Positions 24,936-35,904 of a stretch of DNA of 64,000 nt are shown in pieces. This DNA comes from Octopus sinensis (lineage: Eukaryota). The stretch is taken from assembly GCF_006345805.1 (NCBI RefSeq), contig NC_043009.1, forward strand, positions 20,956,001-21,020,000, in the 5' to 3' direction. A model generated the notes under the pieces. The model worked only from the letters and a program-made list of their open reading frames with translations, ran no database searches and was not told the DNA's origin. Both the position numbers and the translations under genes were made by a program. Position 1 is the first letter of the stretch; every line of letters begins with the position of its first letter.

Positions 24936-25465
24936 TCCCTGAGACAATGACGAAGGACTGAGATCTCTGGAGATATGCTGTGACTGCAAAGACCCGGGCT
25001 GCTTCCTGCACCAGTTTCGCATAGCCCCAGCCCATTCAAAGTACCTTGGATTGCAGACCGACCTGCTGTGCTTGAGGAGACCTATCGAGTTAAGTACATC
25101 AATATCGAAATAAATATCGAATGGAAATAGTAGTTGTGATACCTGTGCCGGTGGCACGTAAAAAGCACCATCTGAACGTGGCCAATGCCAGCACCGCCTT
25201 GACTGGCTTCTGTGCCGGTGGCACGTAAAAAGCACCAACAGATCATGGCCGCTGCCAGCCTCCCCTGGCACCTGTGCCAGTGGCACGTAAAAAGCATCCA
25301 CTACACTCACGAAGTGGTTGGCGTTAGGAAGGGCATCCAGCTGTAGAAACACTGCCAGATCAGACTGGAGCCTGGCGCAGCCTCCTGGTTTCCCAGACCT
25401 CGGTCGAACCGTCCAACCCATGCTAGCATGGAAAGCTGACGTTAAATGATGATGATGATGATATA
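24936..25465 (+). mobile_element. RTE LINE 3' end
   Basis: Same 3' UTR, with repeated GCCGGTGGCACGTAAAAAGCACC units and a (GAT)n tail. Confidence 0.9.
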
Positions 25466-26159
25466 TTATATCATTATATGTGATGATTATATATAATCAT
25501 TATCACCATTATTTTTGAAAGTGCATGCTGGCATGGGTTGGATGGTTTGACAGGAACTGATATGTCCAAGGACTGCATCCAGCTCTATTGCCTGCTTTGG
25601 CATGGTTTTTATGGTTGGTCTCCCCTCCAAATGCCAACCACTTTACAGCATTGACTGGGAGTTTTTTATCTGTGCCACCTGCACTTTTGGGATTGCCATG
25701 CAGATTACTGGACTATGAACCCTGGATTAGTGAGGTGGGGCAGTTTCATGCTTAGGGAACCAGGGCAGGTTTCTGTAGTGGGACTGCATGACCACTCATC
25801 TAGTATGGAGAAAGTAGGAATGACCAGTAGGATCTGTGAAGCATAGAATGATGTTAAGGATTGTATGTGACTCCCACAAGGCAAAAAGTGGGTAGAAGGA
25901 TCATTTGTAAGATTGTATGGGAAGGTGAATGAGTAGTAGTAGTGGTGATGGTGATGGTGGTAGTAATGAGGCAGACTGCCAAAATGGCTAGGGTTGAAGG
26001 GAGGATAAACCAAGAGCTGAGAGCTGGAGATGATAAAGGGATGCAGAAAAGATGAGGTAGCAAGTAGCAGAAGTAATAAAGATGTAATAGTGAGGGAAGG
26101 AGAGGGAGAAGAAGTCTCTGTAAAAGGTAGAGAACATAACACTAGTAGGGCTCAGTTTT

Positions 26160-26435
26160 AGTAAGGAGGACAAGTCTTTTTGAGAACCTCATATCACTAG
26201 AGATCCTGGTCCTTTGTCATCTCATCCATCAGTCTCAGAGTCCTGAGGTCAGCTTTCACCACTTCATCCCATGCCTTGCTGAGTCTTTCTCTTCAACATC
26301 TTCCAGTCATATTAAGGGAACAGCACTTCTTTATACAGCTGTCCTCATTCATAGGCATCACGTAGCCCATACCATCTCAGTCCATAGCATCTTTCTCAAA
26401 CACATTTCATTCCTCTTATACCCAGTTTTTCACTC
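26160..26435 (-). mobile_element. RTE LINE C-terminal fragment, antisense
   Basis: Reverse complement encodes EKLGIRGMKCV...RWYGL..EDSCIKKC. Another minus 3' UTR piece lies at 25520-25700. Confidence 0.7.
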
Positions 26436-26859
26436 AACACCTTTGTACCAATTCTTTCAAATACACACACAAATGTACGTGCATCTCTCACTGATATATA
26501 GTGCTGACATTTCCAACATTGGTAAGGAAACAAGAAAACCAGTGCTTTTGAACAAAAATACCCTGTGTGGGTATTTGTTCTGCCCGAGTCATTCTCACCA
26601 CCAAAAATACAAGGAACCAATGATTGCTCAGTTAGAAACCTGTAACCAATTGTACCACTGTTTACCAAATGTGATATAAAAATATAAAATTAAATTAAAT
26701 TACAAATTAAAAGCAGTTCTTGTAATGTAAACATTATTAGTTGCACATACGTAGTATATATGTGAAATTTGCTGTGGGACAATGTCCAAGGAAAGCTGTC
26801 CAAATAATGCTGAGAGTTAAAGAACACCTGAATATCACAAACCAGGTGAGACAACTCAC

Positions 26860-26869
26860 CTTGGAATCA
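26860..26869 (-). CDS. Candidate 10-nt micro-exon (TGATTCCAAG)
   Basis: Acceptor tttgtttattgatatctaccattcttag and consensus donor AG|gtgagt. Frame usage is ambiguous. Confidence 0.3.
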
Positions 26870-26957
26870 CTAAGAATGGTAGATATCAATAAACAAAAAC
26901 ATATACACTATGTGCAACTGATAATGTTTAGATAAAATTAAATAAAATTAATCTTAC

Positions 26958-26985
26958 CATGGAGCTCTCCCACTGTAGAAACTTT
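26958..26985 (-). CDS. Candidate host exon H (28 nt, KFLQWESSM; alternative acceptor gives 15 nt)
   Basis: Pyrimidine tract plus ttctgtag acceptor, second AG 13 nt downstream, donor TG|gtaaga. Confidence 0.5.
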
Positions 26986-27166
26986 CTACAGAATAAACAT
27001 CATAAGGAGAAAGAAACTTCTCGTGTTCATCTCTTTCACTTTGATAAAACAGAAAATGAAACATGAAACTAAAGTAAATACATATGGTTTAATAATAGTT
27101 GAAGTTAATTATTATTAATCTTTTTTTGCAATAAGCAGCTAGAATAAAATAAAACTTAGATATTAC

Positions 27167-27289
27167 GTTGAAACCCTCAAAGTACTGAAGATATCATCTG
27201 CAGATACGGATTCTCTTGCAGCACTTGATGGCTGCCTTGAAGATGCAATGCCTAATGCTGAAGGGCACACCTCATGCTCACTTGCTCCA
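27167..27289 (-). CDS. Host gene exon G (123 nt, phase 2-2): GASEHEVCPSALGIASSRQPSSAARESVSADDIFSTLRVS
   Basis: Strong acceptor cattttcttttctatttcag, donor AC|gtaata. Single open frame. Confidence 0.65.
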
Positions 27290-27789
27290 CTGAAATAGAA
27301 AAGAAAATGAGAAACTCTGCATCAGTGTGCATGTAGCATGAATCTGATGTGCATGTAGTATTAATGTGGTGTGCATGTAGTAAGCTAATATCTAGATATT
27401 TCAAGTCCAAAGGATATGTGGAAATGTTTGAACATCAAACAAAATGTGTTACTGAATTTAGTTACAACTCTTTAAGTTCTACTCTTTTAGGGTCAATGTG
27501 CCAATCAAGCCCTGGGGTTGATTTAATTCATTCTTTATATACTCCCCTAGACCTTCAGGTGTTGGGCTTGTATATAAAAAAAACAAACAAAAAAACTAGA
27601 AAATATTACAGAATTCTTAAAATATTTCAAACTTTCAATAATTAGAAAGCCTGCTATGAGAACTTGTCCAGCTCAGCCCAGTCCTGCAAAACAGATGTAA
27701 GACAAACAAGATGGGTGTATATGTACATATGTGTAGCTGGCTATATGATAAAGAGATTACATCCCTGTTTCTGTGGAAGTCATCACATG

Positions 27790-28215
27790 TATGATTAACA
27801 GTTGCCCAAAAATGTCATCAAGGTACCAGCTCCCTATGTGGCATAAGGTTGTCACTAAAATAATATACAATGCCATGAAAAAACTGTCCTACGATAAATA
27901 TAGAGAACCCCACTGTTGTTAAATACAGACACAAACATTAACTCAAGAAATATTGTTGAAATCATTCGCATCAAAACTTCTGTGAAGTTCTGTCATAACA
28001 GGTCAGATATTGTTGCTTGAGACAGGCAAGGGAAAATATGTAACATCATAGGGGTCAGTTGCCCCGCTGGTGTGAATATCCCTTTGAAAACCAAAGCAAA
28101 AAAAGATAACCACAGACAACTGCTTTGAAACCTCCAGCTTCTGTATCCAGATTATAAATTCACATTTCTACCAATAATAATTAGTGCTTTTGGTTTTGTA
28201 AGTGCTTAAAGTGAC
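27790..28215 (+). mobile_element. R4/Dong-like non-LTR remnant (CCHC plus restriction-like endonuclease)
   Basis: CPKMSSRY.., IKTSVKFCHNRSDIVA*DRQGKICNII.VSCP..VN..KTK.KKDNHRQL..LYPDYKFTFLPIII resembles the HNRPDI..D....C.IID..P RLE consensus. Confidence 0.6.
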
Positions 28216-28267
28216 AATCTGGATAAGTTGGGGTTTTCAAAATACAGAAATCAACCAAATGACTCAC

Positions 28268-28283
28268 ACATTATAAATATAAT
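28268..28283 (-). CDS. Candidate host micro-exon F (16 nt, phase 1-2)
   Basis: Acceptor tttactgtttcatttacag, donor T|gtgagt. Completes the frame between exons E and G. Confidence 0.5.
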
Positions 28284-28440
28284 CTGTAAATGAAACAGTA
28301 AAAATATGTAAAACTTTTGTCAAGTTTAAAATGTAAATTTGTTTTTGTTATCAACATTCCAACAATGGAGTTTTGCCCCTTCTGTTACAAACCAGGCTCC
28401 TTCTTTACAAGATTTCAGTTTAGATAATTAATACACACAC

Positions 28441-30410
28441 TGCTATGTCTTTTCGTCCAACGACACTTTGTCGAATGTCTTTTCTTCCTTGTCTTTTTGT
28501 CTGATGATTTTTTTGTCCAACAACTTTTCGTCCAATTTTAAAATGAACTCTTTAGAAAACAAGCTGAAATATCCGTAAGGACATTCACAGGTCTCTTTAT
28601 AGGACGGCTATTATTGTTTTATTTTCCTTCTCTGTTAACAGTTTTACTTTCTCTTTTTCCTTCTCTTTCTTAAGCATGGTGCTGTGTATAGAGAATACTG
28701 CAAATTTAATGTACACACTTTTAATTTACTCATCCCGAAATAACAAAGTTCACAGTGTTGACCAAAAACAAGAGAAAAGTAGTTGATGGAAGGAATTACA
28801 TCTACGATTTTCATTCAAGCAAAACAAAAACTAGTAAAGAATACTGGAGCTGTGAGAAAAGAAGGCTGTGTTCAGTGTGAATTCACACTATAATGAAAAA
28901 CAATGAGCTGAAAATGATTTATTTTTCTAGTGAGCACCTTCATCCAGTTGATGTAGATTCATTAAATGCTAGAAAAGCAGTCGCAGAAATAAAGTATGAA
29001 GCTGTGGAAAACAGCAGCAAGTTTGTGTAGCGTAATGGCGGCTAAGTTTACGCAGCCAACAGAAAATACTTGCACACAACTTCGTTTGCCTGTAATTTCA
29101 AGGTCTATTCAAAGGTGCTGACAAAAATATTCTGGATTTCCCGGTAATCTAGGGGCTAGAACTGTTTTTGAAATACCTGAAGAATATTGTAAACGTGATA
29201 ATGCCGAACAGTTTCTGAGATACGAATCGGGTATCGAGGACCAACAGCACATACTAGTATTTGCATCAGAAAATGCTCTTTAGGAGATAGCACCAAATCG
29301 TCATTGGGCGTGTGAAGGAATGTTCAAAATTATGCCAGAACACTGGTTTCAACTGTTTAGCATTCATGTACAACTTAAAGGTAGCAGTTTTCCACGGATC
29401 TTTGCATTACTACCGAATAAAACAAAGCAGACATATGAATTATTTTTCAAGCAATTGAAACCTAATGCATATCTGCTTGATCTCATGGCAAATTTCGAAG
29501 TTGCAGTTCAAAAGGCATTTAATTCATCATTCTCTAATTCATCTATTGTAGCATGTTTGTTTTATTTGAGCCAATCAGCATTCCAAAAAATTACAGATTT
29601 CGGCCTCAAAGAAAAATACAATAAAGACTCTGAATTCTGTCTTAAAAGTCAATGTTTTGCAGCATTAGCCTTCCTACCAGTCGAAGATGTTGAGGAGGCC
29701 TATAAAGAATTAATAGACAACAAAGAAATACCTGCTGAATTCATCACTTACTTCGACTTGATTTACATAGGCGTTGTGAGAGGACGTGGTGCTAGACGAA
29801 GGAGAGAACTACTTACATTCCCGATAGCTGTATGGAATGTTAATCGGTGTATTCTTCAAGATCTTCCCAGAACAAATAATGCTGCAGAGGGGTTTCATTC
29901 TGCAATTAAGCGTTTTGGTGGGTGGAGTACATCTGAATATTTGGAAATTAATCAAAACTCTGAAGGAAGAGGAAGGGTTCATTCAAGGTAAAATGACTCA
30001 AATTCTTCAAGGAGATACGTCAAATTCATGTACACGATATTGAAGGATAACTGAATGCCTCAAAAGACTGGTCACTGAATATGGGTCAACAAGAAAAATC
30101 GATTTTTCGAAGAGTGTGGCATATAACTTGCATCAGTTTTAAGTGATCATAATAAATCATTATAGATATCTTGTTACTTTTTTAAAATGACTTTTCTTAA
30201 ATACATTTTTTCCACAGTATTTTACTTGAACCCTATCAATAAAATTCTCTCCATGATTATTTGATTTTGATGATCACCTTGTACTCTGAAGAGTTTATTT
30301 AAAATTGGACAAGTCGGACAAAAAAGAAATCATCAGACAAAAAAGACGTCGGACCAAGACGTGGATGAAGTGATGTTGGACAAAGTGACATTGGATGAAA
30401 AGTCAGGTTA
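28441..30410 (+). mobile_element. MULE/Mutator DNA transposon relic with long imperfect TIRs
   Basis: About 110-bp subrepeat-rich TIRs (CTTTTCGTCCAA / TTGGATGAAAAG). FLYWCH-like YWSCEKRRLCSVRIHT; WACEGMFK..FQLFSIH, ALLPNKTKQTY, ANFEVA, RTNNAAEGFH. Catalytic D positions are altered. Confidence 0.85.
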
Positions 30411-30959
30411 CAAGTACACACAAACATACACATTATTTATTTTACATGTTTTTCCATGCTAGCATAGATTGGACAAATCCATTTGAGTGAGGAAAGGATT
30501 TACAACCAGACACCCCTTCCTGTCACCAGCCCTAACATGTTTTCCAAGCAAGGCATTTTATTTTCTTGCATTTATCAATGAAAGTATAAAGCCAAAGGCT
30601 GATTTGCTTGAAAGGGAATGTAAATATACCACCAACATTTTTTTTTTTAGCTCCATGGTTTCACACAGACCACAGAATATAAACATTCACACTGACACAC
30701 ATAAACATTTCATCATCATCCTTTTCATATTTTGTAAGGGTCAAATGGAATTTGTTGAGGTGAATTTTTCTATGGCTGGAAGCTCTTCTTGTAACCGACC
30801 TTCACTTATTTCCAAGCAAAGTGTTACTTTCCCAGAGTTAAACATATTTTTCAGGAAAGGCTGAAAATGAACAACTGTGTTTGTATCACAAGGATGTTCA
30901 TTTACAACCATCATATGATGTCTATAGAAGGGTACACATAAACACACACATACACATGT

Positions 30960-31295
30960 ATATATGATGGGCTTCTTTCAGTCTCCTTCTACCAAATCTA
31001 CACACAAGGCTTTTATTGGCTTAGGGTTATAGCAGAAGACATTCGCCCGATGTGTCACACAGCAGGACTGAACCCAAGACAACATGGTTGGAAAACAACA
31101 TCTTAACCACACAGCTGTACCTGTGCCCAACCACAAATATGGAACACCATGTTTCCATTTACCAGTTACACTCACATAGTATTGGGCAGTCCAAAGCTAT
31201 GGCAGAAAGCATTTGCCAAAGGTGCCATGTAGTGAGATAGAACTCAAGACCATCTGGTTACAAGGTGAACTTCCTACCCACACAGCTGTGTGTGT
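30960..31295. mobile_element. Two diverged SINE family A heads (minus strand)
   Basis: Reverse-complement head words at 30965-31120 and 31185-31290. Confidence 0.55.
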
Positions 31296-31569
31296 GTGTG
31301 TTTGTGTGTTAATCAAAGTGTATAGTATTATATATCCATTATGGCTGATCTTACCAATCAGTTTTACACACAATAGAGTGTTAGATAACAATCCAGTTAT
31401 GTAACCCTGTGCTCTTCAGTGATGGCAATTATATGTTGCCAGATTTCATTCCATAATGGATATATAATACTGTACTTCAATTAATATACCCACTCTACTG
31501 ACAAATATATGAGTACATTTCTTCCCGACAAATGGATTCTTAGCAGGCTATTGGTTTTCATAAAATGCA

Positions 31570-31860
31570 CCATCCGAATTGTGGCTGATGCCAGTGTCGC
31601 CTCGACTGGCTTCCATAAAATGCACCAATCCGACCGTGGCCGGTGCCAGCCTCGCCTGGCACCAGTGCAGGTGGCACGTAAAAAGCACCCACTACACTCA
31701 CGGAGTGGTTGGCGTTAGGAAGGGCATCCAGCTGTAGAAATGTTGCCAGATAAGACCGGAGCCTGGTGCAGCCTTCTGGCTTCCCAGATCCCCAGTCGAA
31801 CCGTCCAACCCATGCAAGCATGGAGAACGGACGTTAAACGATGATGATGATGATGATGAT
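31570..31860 (+). mobile_element. RTE LINE 3' UTR with (GAT)n tail
   Basis: Same conserved 3' end as the other RTE copies. Confidence 0.85.
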
Positions 31861-31888
31861 GTATGTGTGTATGTATGTATGTATGTAT

Positions 31889-31909
<21 letters not shown>

Positions 31910-31919
<10 letters not shown>

Positions 31920-32152
31920 TTAGAGATAAAAACCACTATTAGGCAAATCAAACAGTGAAAAAGATAAACCAAAACAGGGAAATAAAATTAATATAATATA
32001 CAAAATATATAAAATATAAAATTCAAAATTTAAATAATTTAAATTTTGAATTTTATATACTTCGTATATTAATTAATTTTATTTCTATGTTTTGGTTTAT
32101 GTTTTTCACTGTTTGATTTGCCTAATAGTGGTTTTATCTCTAATTTAATATA
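31910..32152. repeat. TA-flanked fold-back element (~120-bp arms)
   Basis: ATTAAATTAGAGATAAAAACCACTATTAGGCAAATCAAACAGTGAAAAA... is mirrored by ...TTTTTCACTGTTTGATTTGCCTAATAGTGGTTTTATCTCTAATTTAAT. Confidence 0.85.
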
Positions 32153-32160
32153 TATATATA

Positions 32161-32240
32161 TTTATACTGTAAAGATAGATTTAATCCTAAATCTAATTTT
32201 TCCCTGTAAGTTTGGATTTACTCCCTAATATTATTATTAT
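32161..32240 (-). repeat. Terminal segment shared, in inverted orientation, with 38822-38895
   Basis: GATTTAATCCTAAATCTAATTTTTCCCTGTAAGTTTGGATTTACTCCCTAATATT is the reverse complement of the start of the 38822 element. Confidence 0.75.
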
Positions 32241-32245
32241 ATATA

Positions 32246-32288
<43 letters not shown>

Positions 32289-32291
<3 letters not shown>

Positions 32292-33010
32292 TATCTTATG
32301 ATAAAAGGCAGATTTTCTCTGCTTGTTACCATGTTCGTTTTTAATACAATTCTACAATATAGAATTTCTTCAATTGGAATTTGTCTATGATTTTTCGAAG
32401 TAGATTCGATTGGGTCGTGGCATATAAAGTTTTTTCAATTTGACCCGCAATTAAGCAAAAATTCGAGAAAAGTAAATATTTTACGATTTGCCTCTCTAAT
32501 TTCAACTGCTTCACTCCTGCTATTACCACACTTTCTCTTACTTTCTCTTTGCAAGTGTACCTTAAACCACTACTCAAAAAAAATACAGAGCAAACAGAAA
32601 CAAATAAATACATAACGATTTACTCCTCACACAATTTCTTCAATTGGAATTTACCTATGATTTTTCGAAGTACATTCCATTCGGTCATGACATATAAATT
32701 TCTTTCAATTTGACCCCAATTAAGCAAAAATTCGAGAAAACTCAATATTTTACGATTTCCCTCTCTCACTTCAAAGGCTTTACTCTGCCTATTACCACAC
32801 TTTCTCCTACTTTCTCTTTACACACATAGACACGCAAACATATACATATATGACAGTGACAAACACAAACGTTTCAAACAACTACATACGAACACTCAAA
32901 CACACACACACACACACACGTGTGTGTTTGTCGAATTAGATGATAACTCAACAGAAAAGATAAATTGGTTTTTAATTTACTTTCTGTCGCTAAGTTTTCG
33001 TAGTATTAAT
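32289..33010 (+). mobile_element. Non-autonomous Helitron-like repeat with a ~270-bp tandem duplication
   Basis: TC start (TCTTATCTTATGATAAAAGGCAG). AATTTCTTCAATTGGAATTT..AATTAAGCAAAAATTCGAG..TATTACCACACTTTCTC occurs at ~32360 and ~32630. Confidence 0.45.
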
Positions 33011-33219
33011 TTGCAAGCGTACTTCAGTTGTCAATTGTTGAAAGAAAATTGTAAGCTAAGAAGGTGTGTGTGTGTGTGTGTGAGTGTGTTTGTGTGTGTG
33101 TAGGAAGTGAAGGATAAAAATATGGCAAGAAGTGGACAGATGTACATATATATAAATACATACATCCACACATACATACATGTGTGTGTGTGTGTGTGTG
33201 TATTAATTTGTGTGTGTTA

Positions 33220-33606
33220 TCTCTCTCTATATAAAGCTGAAGTTGTCTGTGTGTGCCAGGTTTGGTAGCCTTCAACTAACACTATCTCCTCCGAGACCCT
33301 GTGGTGCAAGTTGACCAAAATTGAGAGTATGATAGAAGGGTTGCTCTTCCTTCCGTAGAAGATAAAAGTCAAATTGGACCATGTTAACACCAAAAATTAT
33401 TTACATCAAAAAGGTGCTTTTTTCTATGAAAATCCCTATTTTTTACGATTTATCACTGCTGTGTCGCCACTTTTCGGTGTATTTCAACCACAAAAATGTT
33501 CACTTGAAGAGAATAACAAGCTACATAATGCAAAATTTTTACTTTTCAAAAATTCCAATTCCAGTGGGTCGAAACAAACCCGAGCAACGCCGGGCGATAC
33601 TGCTAG
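33220..33606 (+). mobile_element. Non-autonomous Helitron
   Basis: A|TC start (TCTCTCTCTATATAAAGCTGAAGTTGTC), 3' hairpin CCCGAGCAACGCCGGG, CTAG|T end. Confidence 0.8.
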
Positions 33607-34196
33607 TATATATATATATATACGTTTATATATTTGTTGTGCAAGATTTTTTATGTGAAGTCGTGTGTTGAAACAGATATTGTTATATTTCGGAATGGTC
33701 ATTTTGCCAGTTTAGCCAATAAAAACACAAGCACTATATATTTGGTGTTATTTTGCTTCAGTGTTATTTAGTTTTTATATTAATCTTAATCTTATTTCGG
33801 CCACAGTTCTTTCGTCACACTCCTGTGACCGCATCAGTGGTCCTTTGTTTTCTTCTTTCTTATTCATGTCCTTACTAACCGTCAGCCATTTTGTATTTCT
33901 ATTGTATGTCTTCATTTGCGCATGCTTATATCTCTATGTGCGTCTATGTTTATTTAGTGTGTGGGGGGGATGCCTGTAATATTTGTATCTTCTGTTTATA
34001 TACGTTCATGTAATTTGTTTTTGTTGTTGTTGATTTTGTTTAATCTTATTTTGTTCATGTGTTTACATCCACTTATTATTATCATTACATATGCTTGTAT
34101 GTATAACAACAATACTAGTAATAATAATAATAAATCAAAACAAAAAAAAACTTATAGTTATTTATTTCTATTTGTTTATTTATCTGTGTATTTATT

Positions 34197-35460
34197 ATGT
34201 TTTCGGGATCCTCTACCGTCATATATGCCCAGGATGAGAGGGTAGCCATCGGTGTTAGTATTGCTGGTAATGTGGCCAACCTTTTCATGGTATGGTGGGA
34301 CAGAAGGCTTAAAGAATGCCTAACACAGAACTCCATACTCGTAAACAGGTACTCTCGCTATTTTGATGATATCAACATAGTGGTAAAGGCACCCCCACAA
34401 GAGAGTACTGTTGATATAGTAATAGAAACTAATACTATGGAGAGCATCCAGCAAATAGCTAACTCCATCCACCGGAGTATTAAGGTCACAATAGACTACC
34501 CCACTAAACACCCCAACCATAGACTACCATTACTAGACACTGAACTCTGGCTAGAAATTGTGAATAATAAAACCCAAATCCTTCATTCGTACTATGCCAA
34601 ACCTATGGCCTCAAAATACTTGATCCACCGGAACTCAGCCATTGCGGACAATGCCAAATTCAATATTTTGATGGCAGACCACGTCAGAATAATGAGAAAT
34701 GTGTCACGCATGTGCGAGCCTACAGAGACACATACAATATTTTATTCACCGCATGCAGTTCTCAGGTTACAGCCATAAAGAAAGGATCAGAGTATACAAA
34801 GGAGCCATGAAGAAATTTGATAATATATTATGTAATGATAGGAATGGGATTTGCCCACTCTATAGGAACAAGTCATGGAACACTATAGAAAGGACAAAAA
34901 AGAAAATAGGGAAGGCCAACTCTTGGTATGATAGCCATAAATACCAGAGTGTCATGTTCGTTGACACCACCCCTGGAGGTGAACTGGCGTACCGCTTTAG
35001 AAGGACCCTAGACAAACTTAAGCTAAGGATTAAGGTTGTTGAAAAGCCAGACAACCCTATCAAATCTATAATTGGTAGAACCTATCCTTTTCGTAGAACC
35101 TCCTGTACGGATAAGTACTGTACTGTATGTAGATTTAGCCCACAAACAAACTGTAAAGCCAGAAATGTAGTCTATAGTATAAGATGTATAGAGGGGCGAT
35201 GCAGTAACAAGACAACGACATACGTAGGGGAAACAGCAAGAAGCATAGGAGAGCGGGTGAACGAACATTGGAGAGAACTCAAGGAAGGTAAAAGCTCATC
35301 GATTCTGTACCAACACGCCAAACAGGAACACGGGGGATCAATCAACAACATAGAAATTAAAATATTGTCCACACATAGAACAGATGCAACAATCAGACAA
35401 ATTACAGAAGCTACACACATAATAGAAAATAAACCTAGCCTGAATAGGAAACTAGAATGA
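34197..35460 (+). pseudogene. PLE2 RT C-half plus GIY-YIG endonuclease (one frameshift)
   Basis: ORFs 34197-34778 and 34699-35460. Confidence 0.88.
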
Positions 35461-35756
35461 TTTTGATTTATTATTATTATTACTAGTATTGTTGTTATAC
35501 ATACAAGCATATGTAATGATAATAAGTGGATGTAAACACATGAACAAAATAAGAATAAACAAAAACAACAACAAAAACAAATTACATGAACGTATATAAC
35601 CAGAAGATACAAATATTACAGGCATCCCCCCCCCACACACTAAATAAACATAGACGCACATAGAGATATAAGCATGCGCAAATGAAGACATACAATAGAA
35701 ATACAAAATGGCTGACGGTTAGTAAGGAGAGACACAAATAAGAAAGAAGAAAACAA

Positions 35757-35796
35757 AGGACCACTGATGCGGTCACAGGAGTGTGACGAAAGAACT
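35757..35796 (+). ncRNA. Variant hammerhead-like motif in the PLE2 pLTR (inverted copy at 33795-33845)
   Basis: ACCA-CTGATGCG-GTCACA GGAG TGTGAC-GAAA. Perfect 6-bp helix II, but A9>C and no NUH triplet. Confidence 0.4.
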
Positions 35797-35904
35797 AAGA
35801 TTAAGATTAATATAAAAAATAAATAACACTGAAGCAAAATAACACCAAATATATAGTGCGTGTGTTTTTATTGGCTAAACTGGCAATATATATATATTCA
35901 AGAC

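Larger units (their letters stand above)
33704..35886 (+). mobile_element. Penelope-like element 2 (Naiad-like), 5'-truncated, with inverted pLTRs
   Basis: GVSIAGNVANLFMVWWD, YFDD, LPLLDTELW, YYAKPMAS..HRNSA, FSGYS..R..G..PLYR, and GIY-YIG NVVYSIRC..TYVGETARSIGERVNEH. A ~430-bp inverted repeat at 33704-34140 / 35461-35886. Confidence 0.88.

Noticed and set aside
34699-35460. Selenoprotein-type Naiad (UGA at Cys positions)
   Set aside because: The linker and GIY-YIG cysteines are ordinary Cys codons; no in-frame UGA in this copy.
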